64,000 bases of DNA from Phoronis australis (taxonomy: Eukaryota > Animalia > Phoronida). The translations under genes and the position numbers were made by a program. Positions within the stretch are counted from its first letter, which is position 1. Each line of letters starts with the position of its first letter. The notes beneath the pieces are model-generated. The model had not been told where the DNA came from and ran no database searches. It was given only the letters and a program-made list of their open reading frames with translations. Positions 28,701 to 36,700 of the stretch are shown here, in pieces. The stretch lies in assembly GCA_002633005.1 (NCBI GenBank), contig NMRA01000118.1:682707-746706 (forward strand), in the 5' to 3' direction.

Positions 28701-28795
28701 AAAGCCTGTCCGAGATTGGGAGGTTTCAATTGACGTTTCCAAACAACCGGAGGCGGCGGCGAAGAAGTGTGTTTTCATCTCATGAGGAACTATAA
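1505..28795 (+). CDS. Gene 1: mega-thrombospondin-like multidomain ECM protein (5'-truncated, 38 coding exons in window, about 2150 aa)
   Basis: Exons joined at GT-AG sites with matching phases. Summed length using one copy of exon 17 is 6463 nt; minus the 1-nt opening phase this is divisible by 3 and ends at TAA 28793-28795. Domain order LRR-LRRCT-FN3-fibro-slime-cadherin-discoidin-Cys-rich-EGF-TSP3-TSP_C-LamG fits the described mega-TSP family (N-terminal LRRs, central cadherin, TSP C-terminal region). Confidence 0.88.
2135..2278 (+). CDS. Gene 1 exon 2: two LRRs
   Basis: ttag|G...TT|gtaagt; [48 protein letters not shown]; 144 nt. Confidence 0.92.
2783..2934. mobile_element. Small TIR element (MITE family C), copy 1
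   Basis: Ends cgttcagtagacgctaggacct / aggtcctagcgttactgaacg are inverted repeats; same sequence at 30347-30522 and 31151-31317; internal 12-mer acgctaggacct in tandem. Confidence 0.75.
3364..3573 (+). CDS. Gene 1 exon 3: three LRRs
   Basis: tgcag|G...CT|gtgagt; [34 protein letters not shown]...[19 protein letters not shown]. Confidence 0.92.
4392..4576 (+). CDS. Gene 1 exon 4: LRR C-terminal cap (LRRCT)
   Basis: [14 protein letters not shown]...[11 protein letters not shown]...FQC; canonical NPxxCxC...CxxP motif; ag/gtaagt junctions. Confidence 0.92.
4857..4971 (+). CDS. Gene 1 exon 5: start of FN3-like domain
   Basis: ctag|CT...TG|gtgaga; [27 protein letters not shown]...; phases 1-2 fit neighbours. 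Confidence 0.82.
5467..5684 (+). CDS. Gene 1 exon 6: FN3-like domain
   Basis: TYNVTC...[31 protein letters not shown]; FN3-type LxPGxxY/SxxS pattern. Confidence 0.85.
6212..6491 (+). CDS. Gene 1 exon 7: fibro-slime/PA14 domain, part 1
   Basis: LDVTYYDF...[22 protein letters not shown]; ccag|...AG|gtaaat. Confidence 0.85.
6583..6672 (+). CDS. Gene 1 exon 8: fibro-slime/PA14 domain, part 2
   Basis: [30 protein letters not shown], matching the FFPxD.G...HNFGFT motif; 90 nt. Confidence 0.88.
6898..7067 (+). CDS. Gene 1 exon 9: fibro-slime/PA14 core
   Basis: [37 protein letters not shown], aligning to FxYxGxExFxFxGDDDVWVFINGxL. Confidence 0.88.
7198..7295 (+). CDS. Gene 1 exon 10: fibro-slime insert
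   Basis: tgcag|GT...GAG|gtaagg; [33 protein letters not shown]; phases 1-0 fit. Confidence 0.82.
7457..7727. mobile_element. MITE family A copy (TIR CATGCGCGCACCCAG), 5-bp TSD GAATA
   Basis: gaata|catgcgcgcaccca...gggtgcactcacg|gaata; homologous to copies at 9676, 29761, 43039, 43341. Confidence 0.75.
8188..8419 (+). CDS. Gene 1 exon 11: end of fibro-slime domain, start of cadherin repeat 1
   Basis: [25 protein letters not shown] (fibro-slime C-terminal motif) then [15 protein letters not shown] (cadherin YxxxVxE). Confidence 0.88.
8669..8800 (+). CDS. Gene 1 exon 12: cadherin repeat 1 with insertion
   Basis: GNRARHFTV followed by an Ala/Ser/Thr-rich insert; 132 nt, phase 1-1. Confidence 0.82.
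9295..9485 (+). CDS. Gene 1 exon 13: cadherin repeat 1 (LDYE)
   Basis: [36 protein letters not shown]. Confidence 0.92.
9676..9885. mobile_element. MITE family A copy, 5-bp TSD GTCAA
   Basis: gtcaa|catgcgcgcacccag...ctgggtgcgcgcatg|gtcaa; perfect 15-bp TIR and TSD. Confidence 0.85.
10401..10570 (+). CDS. Gene 1 exon 14: cadherin linker and repeat 2
   Basis: [11 protein letters not shown]...[16 protein letters not shown] (DxNDN and AxDxD motifs). Confidence 0.92.
10712..10965 (+). CDS. Gene 1 exon 15: atypical cadherin repeat 2
   Basis: [24 protein letters not shown] (AxDxGxP motif); phases 2-1 fit. Confidence 0.88.
11196..11309 (+). CDS. Gene 1 exon 16: F5/8 type C (discoidin) domain start
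   Basis: [22 protein letters not shown]...GRGRVN (CxxxLG...ASS...xRLN pattern). Confidence 0.9.
11743..11954 (+). CDS. Gene 1 exon 17, copy a: discoidin core
   Basis: [18 protein letters not shown]...[19 protein letters not shown]...W; 212 nt; duplicated at 12568-12779 across the N at 12311. Confidence 0.75.
12568..12779 (+). CDS. Gene 1 exon 17, copy b: discoidin core (probable alternative haplotype)
   Basis: Same splice sites, 5 substitutions relative to copy a (two nonsynonymous: S>T, H>Q); including both copies would frameshift. Confidence 0.75.
13351..13507 (+). CDS. Gene 1 exon 18: discoidin domain end
   Basis: [12 protein letters not shown]...[30 protein letters not shown]. Confidence 0.93.
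14283..14452 (+). CDS. Gene 1 exon 19: Cys-rich region
   Basis: [15 protein letters not shown]...CAVCPKGW. Confidence 0.9.
14757..14919 (+). CDS. Gene 1 exon 20: GCC2/GCC3-like Cys repeats
   Basis: [21 protein letters not shown]. Confidence 0.9.
15033..15254 (+). CDS. Gene 1 exon 21: ephrin-receptor-like/GCC repeats and EGF1 start
   Basis: [27 protein letters not shown]...[10 protein letters not shown]...[10 protein letters not shown]. Confidence 0.92.
15972..16093 (+). CDS. Gene 1 exon 22: EGF-like 1
   Basis: [22 protein letters not shown]. Confidence 0.92.
16579..16833 (+). CDS. Gene 1 exon 23: calcium-binding EGF 2 (TSP-type insert) and EGF 3 start
   Basis: [16 protein letters not shown]...[25 protein letters not shown], as in TSP-3/4/COMP EGF arrays. 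Confidence 0.93.
17134..17283 (+). CDS. Gene 1 exon 24: EGF 3/4
   Basis: [20 protein letters not shown]...[14 protein letters not shown]...FKCK. Confidence 0.92.
18105..18209 (+). CDS. Gene 1 exon 25: EGF4 / first TSP type-3 repeat
   Basis: [35 protein letters not shown], the hallmark TSP junction. Confidence 0.94.
18429..18536 (+). CDS. Gene 1 exon 26: TSP type-3 repeats
   Basis: [30 protein letters not shown]. Confidence 0.95.
19762..19921 (+). CDS. Gene 1 exon 27: TSP type-3 repeats
   Basis: [47 protein letters not shown]. Confidence 0.95.
20316..20496 (+). CDS. Gene 1 exon 28: TSP type-3 repeats
   Basis: [26 protein letters not shown]...[12 protein letters not shown]. Confidence 0.95.
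20672..20757 (+). CDS. Gene 1 exon 29: TSP type-3 repeat
   Basis: aag acceptor; [28 protein letters not shown]|G; phases 2-1 fit. Confidence 0.9.
21028..21123 (+). CDS. Gene 1 exon 30: TSP type-3 repeat
   Basis: [32 protein letters not shown]. Confidence 0.94.
21536..21766 (+). CDS. Gene 1 exon 31: last type-3 repeat and TSP C-terminal L-lectin start
   Basis: [15 protein letters not shown]...[15 protein letters not shown] (cf. PNWVVLNQGMEIVQT of TSP-3/4/COMP). Confidence 0.93.
22155..22339 (+). CDS. Gene 1 exon 32: TSP C-terminal domain
   Basis: [35 protein letters not shown]...GLQLK. Confidence 0.95.
24900..25072 (+). CDS. Gene 1 exon 33: TSP C-terminal domain
   Basis: [33 protein letters not shown]...GW...YR...HRPSVGLIR. 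Confidence 0.95.
25500..25727 (+). CDS. Gene 1 exon 34: TSP C-terminal end and LamG start
   Basis: [31 protein letters not shown] then [14 protein letters not shown]. Confidence 0.94.
25914..26116 (+). CDS. Gene 1 exon 35: LamG/ConA-like domain
   Basis: SFTIEAWV...WSHLTMRY. Confidence 0.9.
26283..26353 (+). CDS. Gene 1 exon 36: LamG domain
   Basis: [14 protein letters not shown]; phases 1-0 fit. Confidence 0.88.
28064..28144 (+). CDS. Gene 1 exon 37: LamG domain
   Basis: [18 protein letters not shown] (LxLG...FxGxxDE). Confidence 0.92.
28343..28384. mobile_element. Internally deleted MITE family B remnant
   Basis: cagtagcggattt...ctggatccgaccctg, the same termini as the copies at 51060 and 53513. 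Confidence 0.5.
28505..28795 (+). CDS. Gene 1 terminal exon 38: LamG end, polybasic site and HEEL stop
   Basis: VRVYG...[10 protein letters not shown]...KDSG...NDGVIHG...[19 protein letters not shown]. Confidence 0.92.
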   Translation, partial: VRVYGIWIPNSEINDHMQEIGLQRQVHMGYIHAHYDMDENSGKTKLKDSGIMGNDGVIHGNPLFVESLSEIGRFQLTFPNNRRRRRRSVFSSHEEL

Positions 28796-29161
28796 CTTTG
28801 AGAAGTTTGAAACTATTTTTGGGATAATTCTCATCGTTTACCGTGCCTTGTTATGCAGGTCTGACACATAGGTTTTGCCACATAGCAAAATATGCTTTAA
28901 CTACATGTAACAAAGTGGCAAATTATGTGCAAAAACACGGGATTTGGATTATTGATTCACACATTGGCTGCTGGCGGCCTCTTTTGGAGACATTATACAT
29001 GTATTTCTGTAAATTGTGAACTTATTTTTTTAGTTACAAAATACTTTCGTATTAATATTTTTAACTAGGTGGCTTTTCATACTGTGAAAGTTAGAGATGA
29101 GTTAAAGGATGTCATGTCTATTAGAATAGAAATACGTTTAGATTTTTTGTAGACCTCATCA

Positions 29162-29167
29162 AATAAA
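29162..29167 (+). promoter_or_regulatory. Putative polyadenylation signal of gene 1
   Basis: AATAAA about 370 nt after the stop codon, followed by U/GU-rich sequence. Confidence 0.5.
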
Positions 29168-29760
29168 TTCTTGTTTGCATCTTCTGTTGTTAATAGTGGG
29201 GAAAGAAAAAATCTAGGAACCAGGGTCAAATGTTTGTTCTCGCAATCGAACTAGGAATTATTTTTGACAATTTACGCTTTATTGTTGAGTGAACTTATCA
29301 TAAGTGTGTATTGTTTTGCCCTCGCTTGATGATCGTTAGATTTGAGGGGCAGACTCCAACAAGTTCTGGGATTTTGAGATTTGAATTCAGACGTGCAGCT
29401 TCAAAGTGGCATGGAACACAAAAGACTGGCTAACTTGATTACTGAAACAGAAGTCGAACTGTGCACTAGAGATTAATACGGTTTGTTCGTAAAGATTTTG
29501 AAATTCTGATGATGCCAAAGCATTTTTCGTTCAGTTACAAATTACAAAAAAGTGATCTGTCAGTTGCTCTTCACATCGCCGATTTTAGTCCCGCAAGGCA
29601 ATGCACGTCTCCTTATTTGGTATGGCAAGACATATATTGTACAAAAGTGGAGTTGCAACCGAATCGAATTAACGATAGCGCATGTCCGGAAATTAGTGCC
29701 CCCACGCGTTTTCAGACTTCGTTAAAGTAAGCGCCCAGCCTATGAACTACATGCGAAAAA

Positions 29761-29988
29761 CTTGCGCGTACCCAGCCTTCAATATGAGGGAGGGGCTCGA
29801 ATTCCTGACGTTGTGGACATTTTGGTAACAAAAAAGCGGGCGGACTAAAAAAAAAAAAAAAAAAAAAAAAAAAACGGGGACACCACTGTGCATTCGCGTT
29901 TGTGCTTGTTTAGTGTCTTATTTTCTCGGACTTTTGTTTCTCAAAGTCGGACCTGTTTGCCCCCCAAGCCCCCCTGGGACCGCGCATG
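29761..29988. mobile_element. MITE family A copy with expanded internal poly(A), TSD AAAAA
   Basis: Homologous to the 9676 copy; the internal A-run is expanded to about 28 nt. Confidence 0.75.
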
Positions 29989-30346
29989 AAAAATGCCATA
30001 CCTGCAGTTTTCAATTGAAAGATCCGACAGTGTTGGGTTTGTAGACCACGAACCACACCGTTATGCCCGTATACACTTGAAACTTACGCCGCGATTCAAA
30101 AAGAACGCAAAAGTTTTGCTGCTCTTGCAAGGTACTTTGAAAACAGATCCAGCGCGCGTACTCGTTAGCGGTATTGCATTGTATCTTTCCGGTACAGATC
30201 TTCTCTGGCCTCAACAGGAATCCAAACGTCTTTGTACACATGAAAACCGTGAATCGAAGACTAATAAAAAAACTCGACCAGTGTTAGCATGCGACCAAGA
30301 AGCGCGCGTTGCATAATGTACCGGCCAAAGACATCACATAGACCAA

Positions 30347-30522
30347 GCGTGCGTTCAGTAGACGCTAGGACCTACGCTAGGACCTACGCTAGGACCTACG
30401 CTAGGACCTAAGTAAAATCTAGTCAAAGTTACGTGTTCGAATTTAAAATACACGGCAATATCTCACGTAATCTCCTGAAGTCTTGCTTTTTAGCGAGGCC
30501 CTAGCGTTACAGAACGGGAGGC
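30347..30522. mobile_element. MITE family C copy nested in the left TIR of a larger element (duplicated at 31151-31317)
   Basis: Same as 2783-2934; four tandem acgctaggacct units; interrupts the sequence catagacc|gggcgc that is uninterrupted at the 33690 end. Confidence 0.72.
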
Positions 30523-31128
30523 GGGCGCACGCGCTACTGCAGCTGACAACTTGACGCCATATTGGAGAGTGTTACTAGTCACGTGACACGGCTAATTGCC
30601 GTGTAAACAAACGGGGTAAATTGTTCTTTTCTAAGCGTCATATTTAACAAATAAAGAGGCGGACGAGTGTGATTTTTCCAGAAACAAAAAAATCACGTGA
30701 TGTCGCACTTGCATGCGTTTTTTAAGTGTCAATCAGTTGATAGGGAAAATATCAAACTAATAGAAGATACTGTAGCAACCAGTGGCAAGTTCTTGAATTG
30801 TCTGAGCGGCTGCACGCTTGGTATCCACTTTGAACGTTTTATTTGTTTCGTTTTTGCAAGAAAAAACAGTAAGATCGCGCAAATTTATCATTTAGTTCGT
30901 GTCGCTCGATGCAAATNAGGAATGTGCACCACTGTGGTCTGGACTTTGAAAACAGATCCAGCGTACTCGTCAGCGGTATTGCATTGTATCTTTCCGGTAC
31001 AGATCTTCTCTGGCCTCAACAGGAATCCAAACGTCTTTGTACACATGAAAACCGTGAATCGAAGACTAATAAAAAACTCGACCAGTGTTAGCATGCGACC
31101 AAGAAGCGCGCGTTGCATAATGTACCGG

Positions 31129-33709
31129 CCAAAGACATCACATAGACCAAGCGTGCGTTCAGTATACGCTTCGGGACCTACGCTAGGACCTACGCTAGGA
31201 CCTAAGTAAAATCTAGTCAAAGTTACGTGTTCGAATTTAAAATACACGGCAATATCTCACGTAATCTCGTGAAGACTTGCTTTTTAGCGAGGCCCTTGCG
31301 TTACTGAACGGGAAGCGGGCGCACGCGCTACTGCAGCTGACAACTTGACGCCATATTGGAGAGTGTTACTAGTCACGTGACACGGCTAATTGCCGTGTAA
31401 ACAAACGGGGTAAATTGTTCTTTTCTAAGCGTCATATTTAACAAATAAAGAGGCGGACGAGTGTGATTTTTCCAGAAACAAAAAAATCACGTGATGTCGC
31501 ACTTGCATGCGTTTTTTAAGTGTCAATCAGTTGATAGGGAAAATATCAAACTAATAGAAGATACTGTAGCAACCAGTGGCAAGTTCTTGAATTGTCTGAG
31601 CGGCTGCACGCTTGGTATCCACTTTGAACGTTTTATTTGTTTCGTTTTTGCAAGAAAAAACAGTAAGATCGCGCAAATTTATCATTTAGTTCGTGTCGCT
31701 CGATGCAAATACATCATATCCAGGAGAAGTGCTGCTCACTTGGGACGTACTTTTGTTGTGCCCCCAATAAGCCTTAGTTTTCAGTATTTCGGGTAAATAC
31801 GTTAAATTAAAATACGACCCAGGTCCCATTTACTGGGGGTCTAAATTTAATGTGAACTACAGTGAAAAATTACCTCATTGGAGTCGTATAGATAAATGGT
31901 AGGTTTCTAAAGTTCGTCAGGGCGTTCTCCCGTTCCTCACGTGACTTTACCAGACGTACAGAGGTTGTGACCGTGTGATAGTCCATTGTATAGTTGGGCG
32001 ATTTTAATGATTCAAAAACATTAAGCACGACCAGTATTTGATGGGGACATCAGAAATGTCATTGGTTTATGTTCAAACATTTTAAATCTTAACTTATTTT
32101 CAACCCCACAGCCCAGTGAGTCAATAAGATATGATCTTATTGGAGATTAGAGCAACTATCGAACAAAAGAGAGCTGACCCTCCAACCCTAATTGCCAGAA
32201 TGGACTTGATCATAGTCGTCGGTGTAAGATATTGGCTACAGCGGTCATCCGCCCAACTTGTGCTATGCAACAAGTTAGACTGGACGGGAGAACTCCGTAA
32301 TGTAAAAAGCAAAGAACACAGACTAAATTCCTGTCCTGTTTGCATCGCTCGGGATTGCCAATGGACAAATATTCTTCTCTCACGCACGGTATTCCTCTCT
32401 CACGGATCTGAAGTCACCCCCGGTCAAGCACCAGGCACTTGTCGGCGTTTTGTAGTATCCCCACATCGCGTGATTATGTCTCACAAAGAGATCAGTTCCG
32501 CTCCCACGCATTAATTCGAACCGTTCCTGTCCACCCCCGACCTTAATCGGATAGACGGCGTACTACTGCGCGTTCCTCAGCCGCCGCGAAATTTAAAGTA
32601 AACTATTCTCCCACGCACGCTTCAGTTCTCACGGTTCCAAATTTAACTTTCTTGGCTGCCATAGGAAGATTCTTAACATGTGGCCAATTATTTTAGATTA
32701 GTCTTCATACAGTTCAGTAGTCAGATATTATATCCCGGCACGAGCAGTGTAAAAATGGCCAGTTGTCAAGTTGGGCAACTGAACAAAGGACTGTTCGAAA
32801 AATTGTGATTATTTTCGCTTCAGCCAATTTTCCCCACATCATATTCCTGGTCTGCACGCCGTTCAGTACTTTCACTCCCTAATTAGGGCATATATTGAAA
32901 AAGAAAGATTTTCCTTGCCGCGCGTTTCTCAGGTGACCCCAGACCTAAATATCCGAGTATCGAACATTGTTGAAAGATCGCCAGTTGTGGGTATCGTGTC
33001 TGCTAATCCCAACATAAATCTTCCCAACTCATCACGGAAAGTCACGGCATCGATAACTCGGCAATTGCTGTTCATCCGTAACTCATCGGATAATTCCGTA
33101 ACCTGCGCATGGGTCAAAGGAGTTGCTCCGTAAGGACTTTTTGGGAAGATTTTTGTGCTTTGACCGCGAATGTCTTGTGAACTCGGTTGATCAGGACACC
33201 GTAAATGATATTGGAAGAAATAACAATTCTTCATGGTTTATTGAACCTCTGTTTTGTGTAAATTTATTGAGTTTTATGTTTCCTATGGACGGCTGAAGTG
33301 AAGCACCCGTGGAATCTCTTGTCCGGAGTGTCATACTTTGGCATATACATGTATAGTGTATTGACTATTGGGTCGATCAGAAGCTGAGGACGCCTGTGTA
33401 CTGATGTGGAAACAACGCATAATCGCTCCGCTTAAACTATGGTGGCAGAACATATAAACCTAGTGGCAGCACCTCTAAACTCCATGGCCGAACCCAAAAA
33501 AAACATGACTCAATGGCAGGACCAAAAAGCTTAACCTTTGGCTGCAAACATAACACTGCAAGCCCGCCGATTTTCTGATTGATGCCGTAGGGCTCCCAGT
33601 GTTTTCCGCCATTTTTGTCCTGTGTAACACTCTCCAATATGGCGTCATATTGACAACGCGAGCTGATTGTATCTGAGTGGCGCGCGCCCGGTCTATGTGA
33701 TGTCTATGG
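31129..33709. mobile_element. About 2.6-kb non-autonomous element with imperfect terminal inverted repeats
   Basis: Left cca(a/t)agacatcacatagacc...tgacgccatattggagagtgttac is the inverse of 33624-33709; flanks taccgg/ttccgg. Confidence 0.55.
31862..32225 (+). pseudogene. Possible decayed LINE APE-endonuclease fragment
   Basis: One frame with stops reads KNYLIGVV*...SIV*LGDFND, followed by PT...MDLII; spacing resembles the GxxYRPP/GDFN/LDL motifs. Confidence 0.3.
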
Positions 33710-36700
33710 TTCCGGCTTTCATCGAAGACATTATTTAGTCGGAAACTATCTATTCATGAAACGGGTAACATAGCATCGGCAAGAAATAAATATTGGCACT
33801 AAATTCCGAAAGTTTCTAATACCGTAAGAAACCTACAGTTATTCTTAACTAATCATAATTGGTGTTTTTAAAGTCAAAATGACCCACTGATAGTGAACAC
33901 ATTCGCACCCTTACACTCTGAATCTTCCGGAAAATAGCTGTTAAACTACGGTCACGCATCCACTCATCTGGCGACTCAATGAGTGACATATCGGTTTTAC
34001 CGAAACAATTCTCGAACGTTTTTTAACAGATGAGGCCAGCAAGTGCTAAGTATTAAAATACGCTCTGCTTGACTGCTTGAGTTAATTTTTTGGTTAGAAT
34101 GCACACCTAGATCATTACATCACATCTACTCTGGCAAATGAACTCTGATGACAAGCACACACACACGCATACAAACTTCAAAACAAACGTCACGTGACAA
34201 CAACATGTGCGTTCCTCAAGAGAATTTTCTCGAGTTGCAATCTAGTGCAGATTTGGACTTAATCTGCCGTTAATCCAGACTCCACAAAAACCTTTAAAAT
34301 CTTAGAGATGCTATTTGGTAAACTTAAGGAGAATTCCAGGTATTTTTTAAGTCGAAACTGTATTCTTCTTCAAGAACTCAAGCCCTATCGACGATTGCGA
34401 CACCAGCAGCTACGATCTGTAGGCGAGATTTCGCCCTGGGATTTCAGCACAATTTTCTGAAAAAAATGATCGTAATATAACAACGAATTTTGATAGCAAT
34501 GCATCACAATTTTATAGAAAGTAAATAATAACATTATGGGCTTTGTCTTAGCACGTTAATGCATAGAGTGCGTTAAGTGAGTCGACAGAACAGGTGATTG
34601 TGAAGTGGCATTATCCTCAAAGTTGCTCACGTTCGCTTGATTCTGGTCAAGCGAAAACAATTCTTTTCGCTACCCTCCGCCGTGGAGGATTTGTTGCTGT
34701 TTCTTTCAAGGGAAATATTGTTGGGCAGTTTCCAAGATGCGTTTTCTTGCCGTCTTCAATATGAGCGCTGCAAACTTTATGCCACGAAGTCGGAAAGAAT
34801 TCAATAAATCGGCCTTTTCTACCAGCTCTACCGATTTGTCTGACCCATTTTTACGCAGTTCTTGATCCTTGGGAAACAGGTAGTAACTAAATTCTTTATC
34901 TCGCTAATTTTTATTATAGAAGTCAGGCACACAACACGTATAACCTCCCTAAGGCCGGCTCGCTCCCACGCTTGCCGACGTACCTGTTTACTGAATAATA
35001 TCGACTTAACCACAATGCAACATTCTGGCCCATTTCCAACTCCGCTATTGTGGAGGTTATATATTTCCCTGAAATAGAAAAGGTGACCATTGACCTTTGA
35101 TGTACATGCACACGCACACAAAAACGATAGCAATTATGCGCATGAGAAATATTTATTGGGCAATTCTTTTAGAGCATGTGCTCATATATGTATGTATGTA
35201 TTAGACTGAGGAAGAAAATTTGAAAAATGTATGTGATGAAAGAGTTTGTATTTCGTTCGTTTGTGTTTCAAAAATGGTGAATTTGTCGATTCTTGTCATA
35301 TTTAAAGTTAAGATTAGAACTATCACGTAAGTTTTCCTAAGAAATATATTCGGCATGATCTGTTTGAAAGGCACTTTTACGAGTTTTCGCGTTCAATGAA
35401 TCTTTAAAGGGAACATTCCGCTGAGACTGAAAAGTAACTTTGCAGATATTAGGAGCAGGACGGAATGGATCCCAATACTTCCACAGTTGCAGCCGAACAC
35501 TGAGTCATTTCGCCAGCGCTATAGAACAGAATATTTTAAGTGTATTTAGATCGTGGCGTTCCATCGAAACAGCAATCCCGATGTAAAACAGATACAGTGT
35601 ATCCCCGAATCGAAAGCAGATTTCCGCACCTTCAAAACAGCTACCCAGCCCGAAGAACACAAACCCCGACATTTAAAACATTAATCCCGGGGATCGGACA
35701 GGACACCCAAGCACTCTACCGCGGTTATTCTGCTGCTAAAATTGTGGTGAAATCTTTTGCATCGACTTTTGACGCCATGAAATACTGCGTCACATTTTGG
35801 CCAGTTTCTTTTCCCCTGTCTTCAATCAACTGTTCTTCCACGGCGAAGCTGCGTACACGACAACAAATTCTGGAAACTGGTTTCATTTCGTTACAAGTTT
35901 CCAGTATGTTTATACCTGAAAACTGAATTTCGGAGAACTTTTTGCTGCATCCGCCAAAAAAAAAAACGTGAATAAATTGGGTTCAGAAATTCCGATTCCA
36001 ATTTCCGCTTTAATGTTCGATGAGGAATTGAATTGCACTCTTTAGAGCAAAGACCAGTGAAACTGGTGACGATGCAGGTCTTTTGAGTGAATAATTCTCG
36101 CGTTCCTTTTCAAAATCCGGAAACTAATTTAATGTACTCTCGACAAGTTAATTGACGAACGCTAAAATGCGGCCAATCGTAAAGATATTTAAAGGAATTA
36201 ATCAGCAAGGCACTCAAAACCCGAAATAATATTTTTGTTTTTCATTTTTGAAAATATTTTTGGAAAACTATTGAATAATCTGAAATTAACTTAATATTCA
36301 CCCAGATAACAGGGTGTTGACAGTAAAGATTATGTTGAAATGTGACCACAGACAAGTTGCACGAGTTTTACCGACAAAAATCGAATAACGAAGTCAATAT
36401 AAAATATGTTACATTTAATTATTGAACATTTAACAAACAAATGCCGAAAACTGGGAAATACTTGAAGATGCTTTAACTCAAAGTTTGAGGGTACTAACAT
36501 CACCTCAGAGAAAATTTAAGTTGTTCGGGCTTCCTGTTCGATACATTTACAGGTGAACATAGGACTTCTGTTTTGAAGGTGTGGGAGTCTTGTTTTCGAC
36601 TCCAGGATATCTGTTTTTACACCGGGATTCCTGTTTCGATGGGGCGCCCGATAGATGGTAAAGACGAGAAAGCATTGGTTTCAATTGCTAGACAAACAGC

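Noticed and set aside
29847-29874. Poly(A) run as a retrocopy tail or the gene 1 mRNA end
   Set aside because: It is an expansion of the short internal A-tract present in other MITE A copies.
29993-31796. ORFs of 101-170 aa
   Set aside because: They lie in repeat sequence duplicated across N30917; one reads through the N; no domain signal.
32915-33234. Overlapping ORFs of 72 and 101 aa inside the TIR element
   Set aside because: No recognisable transposase, recombinase or host motif.
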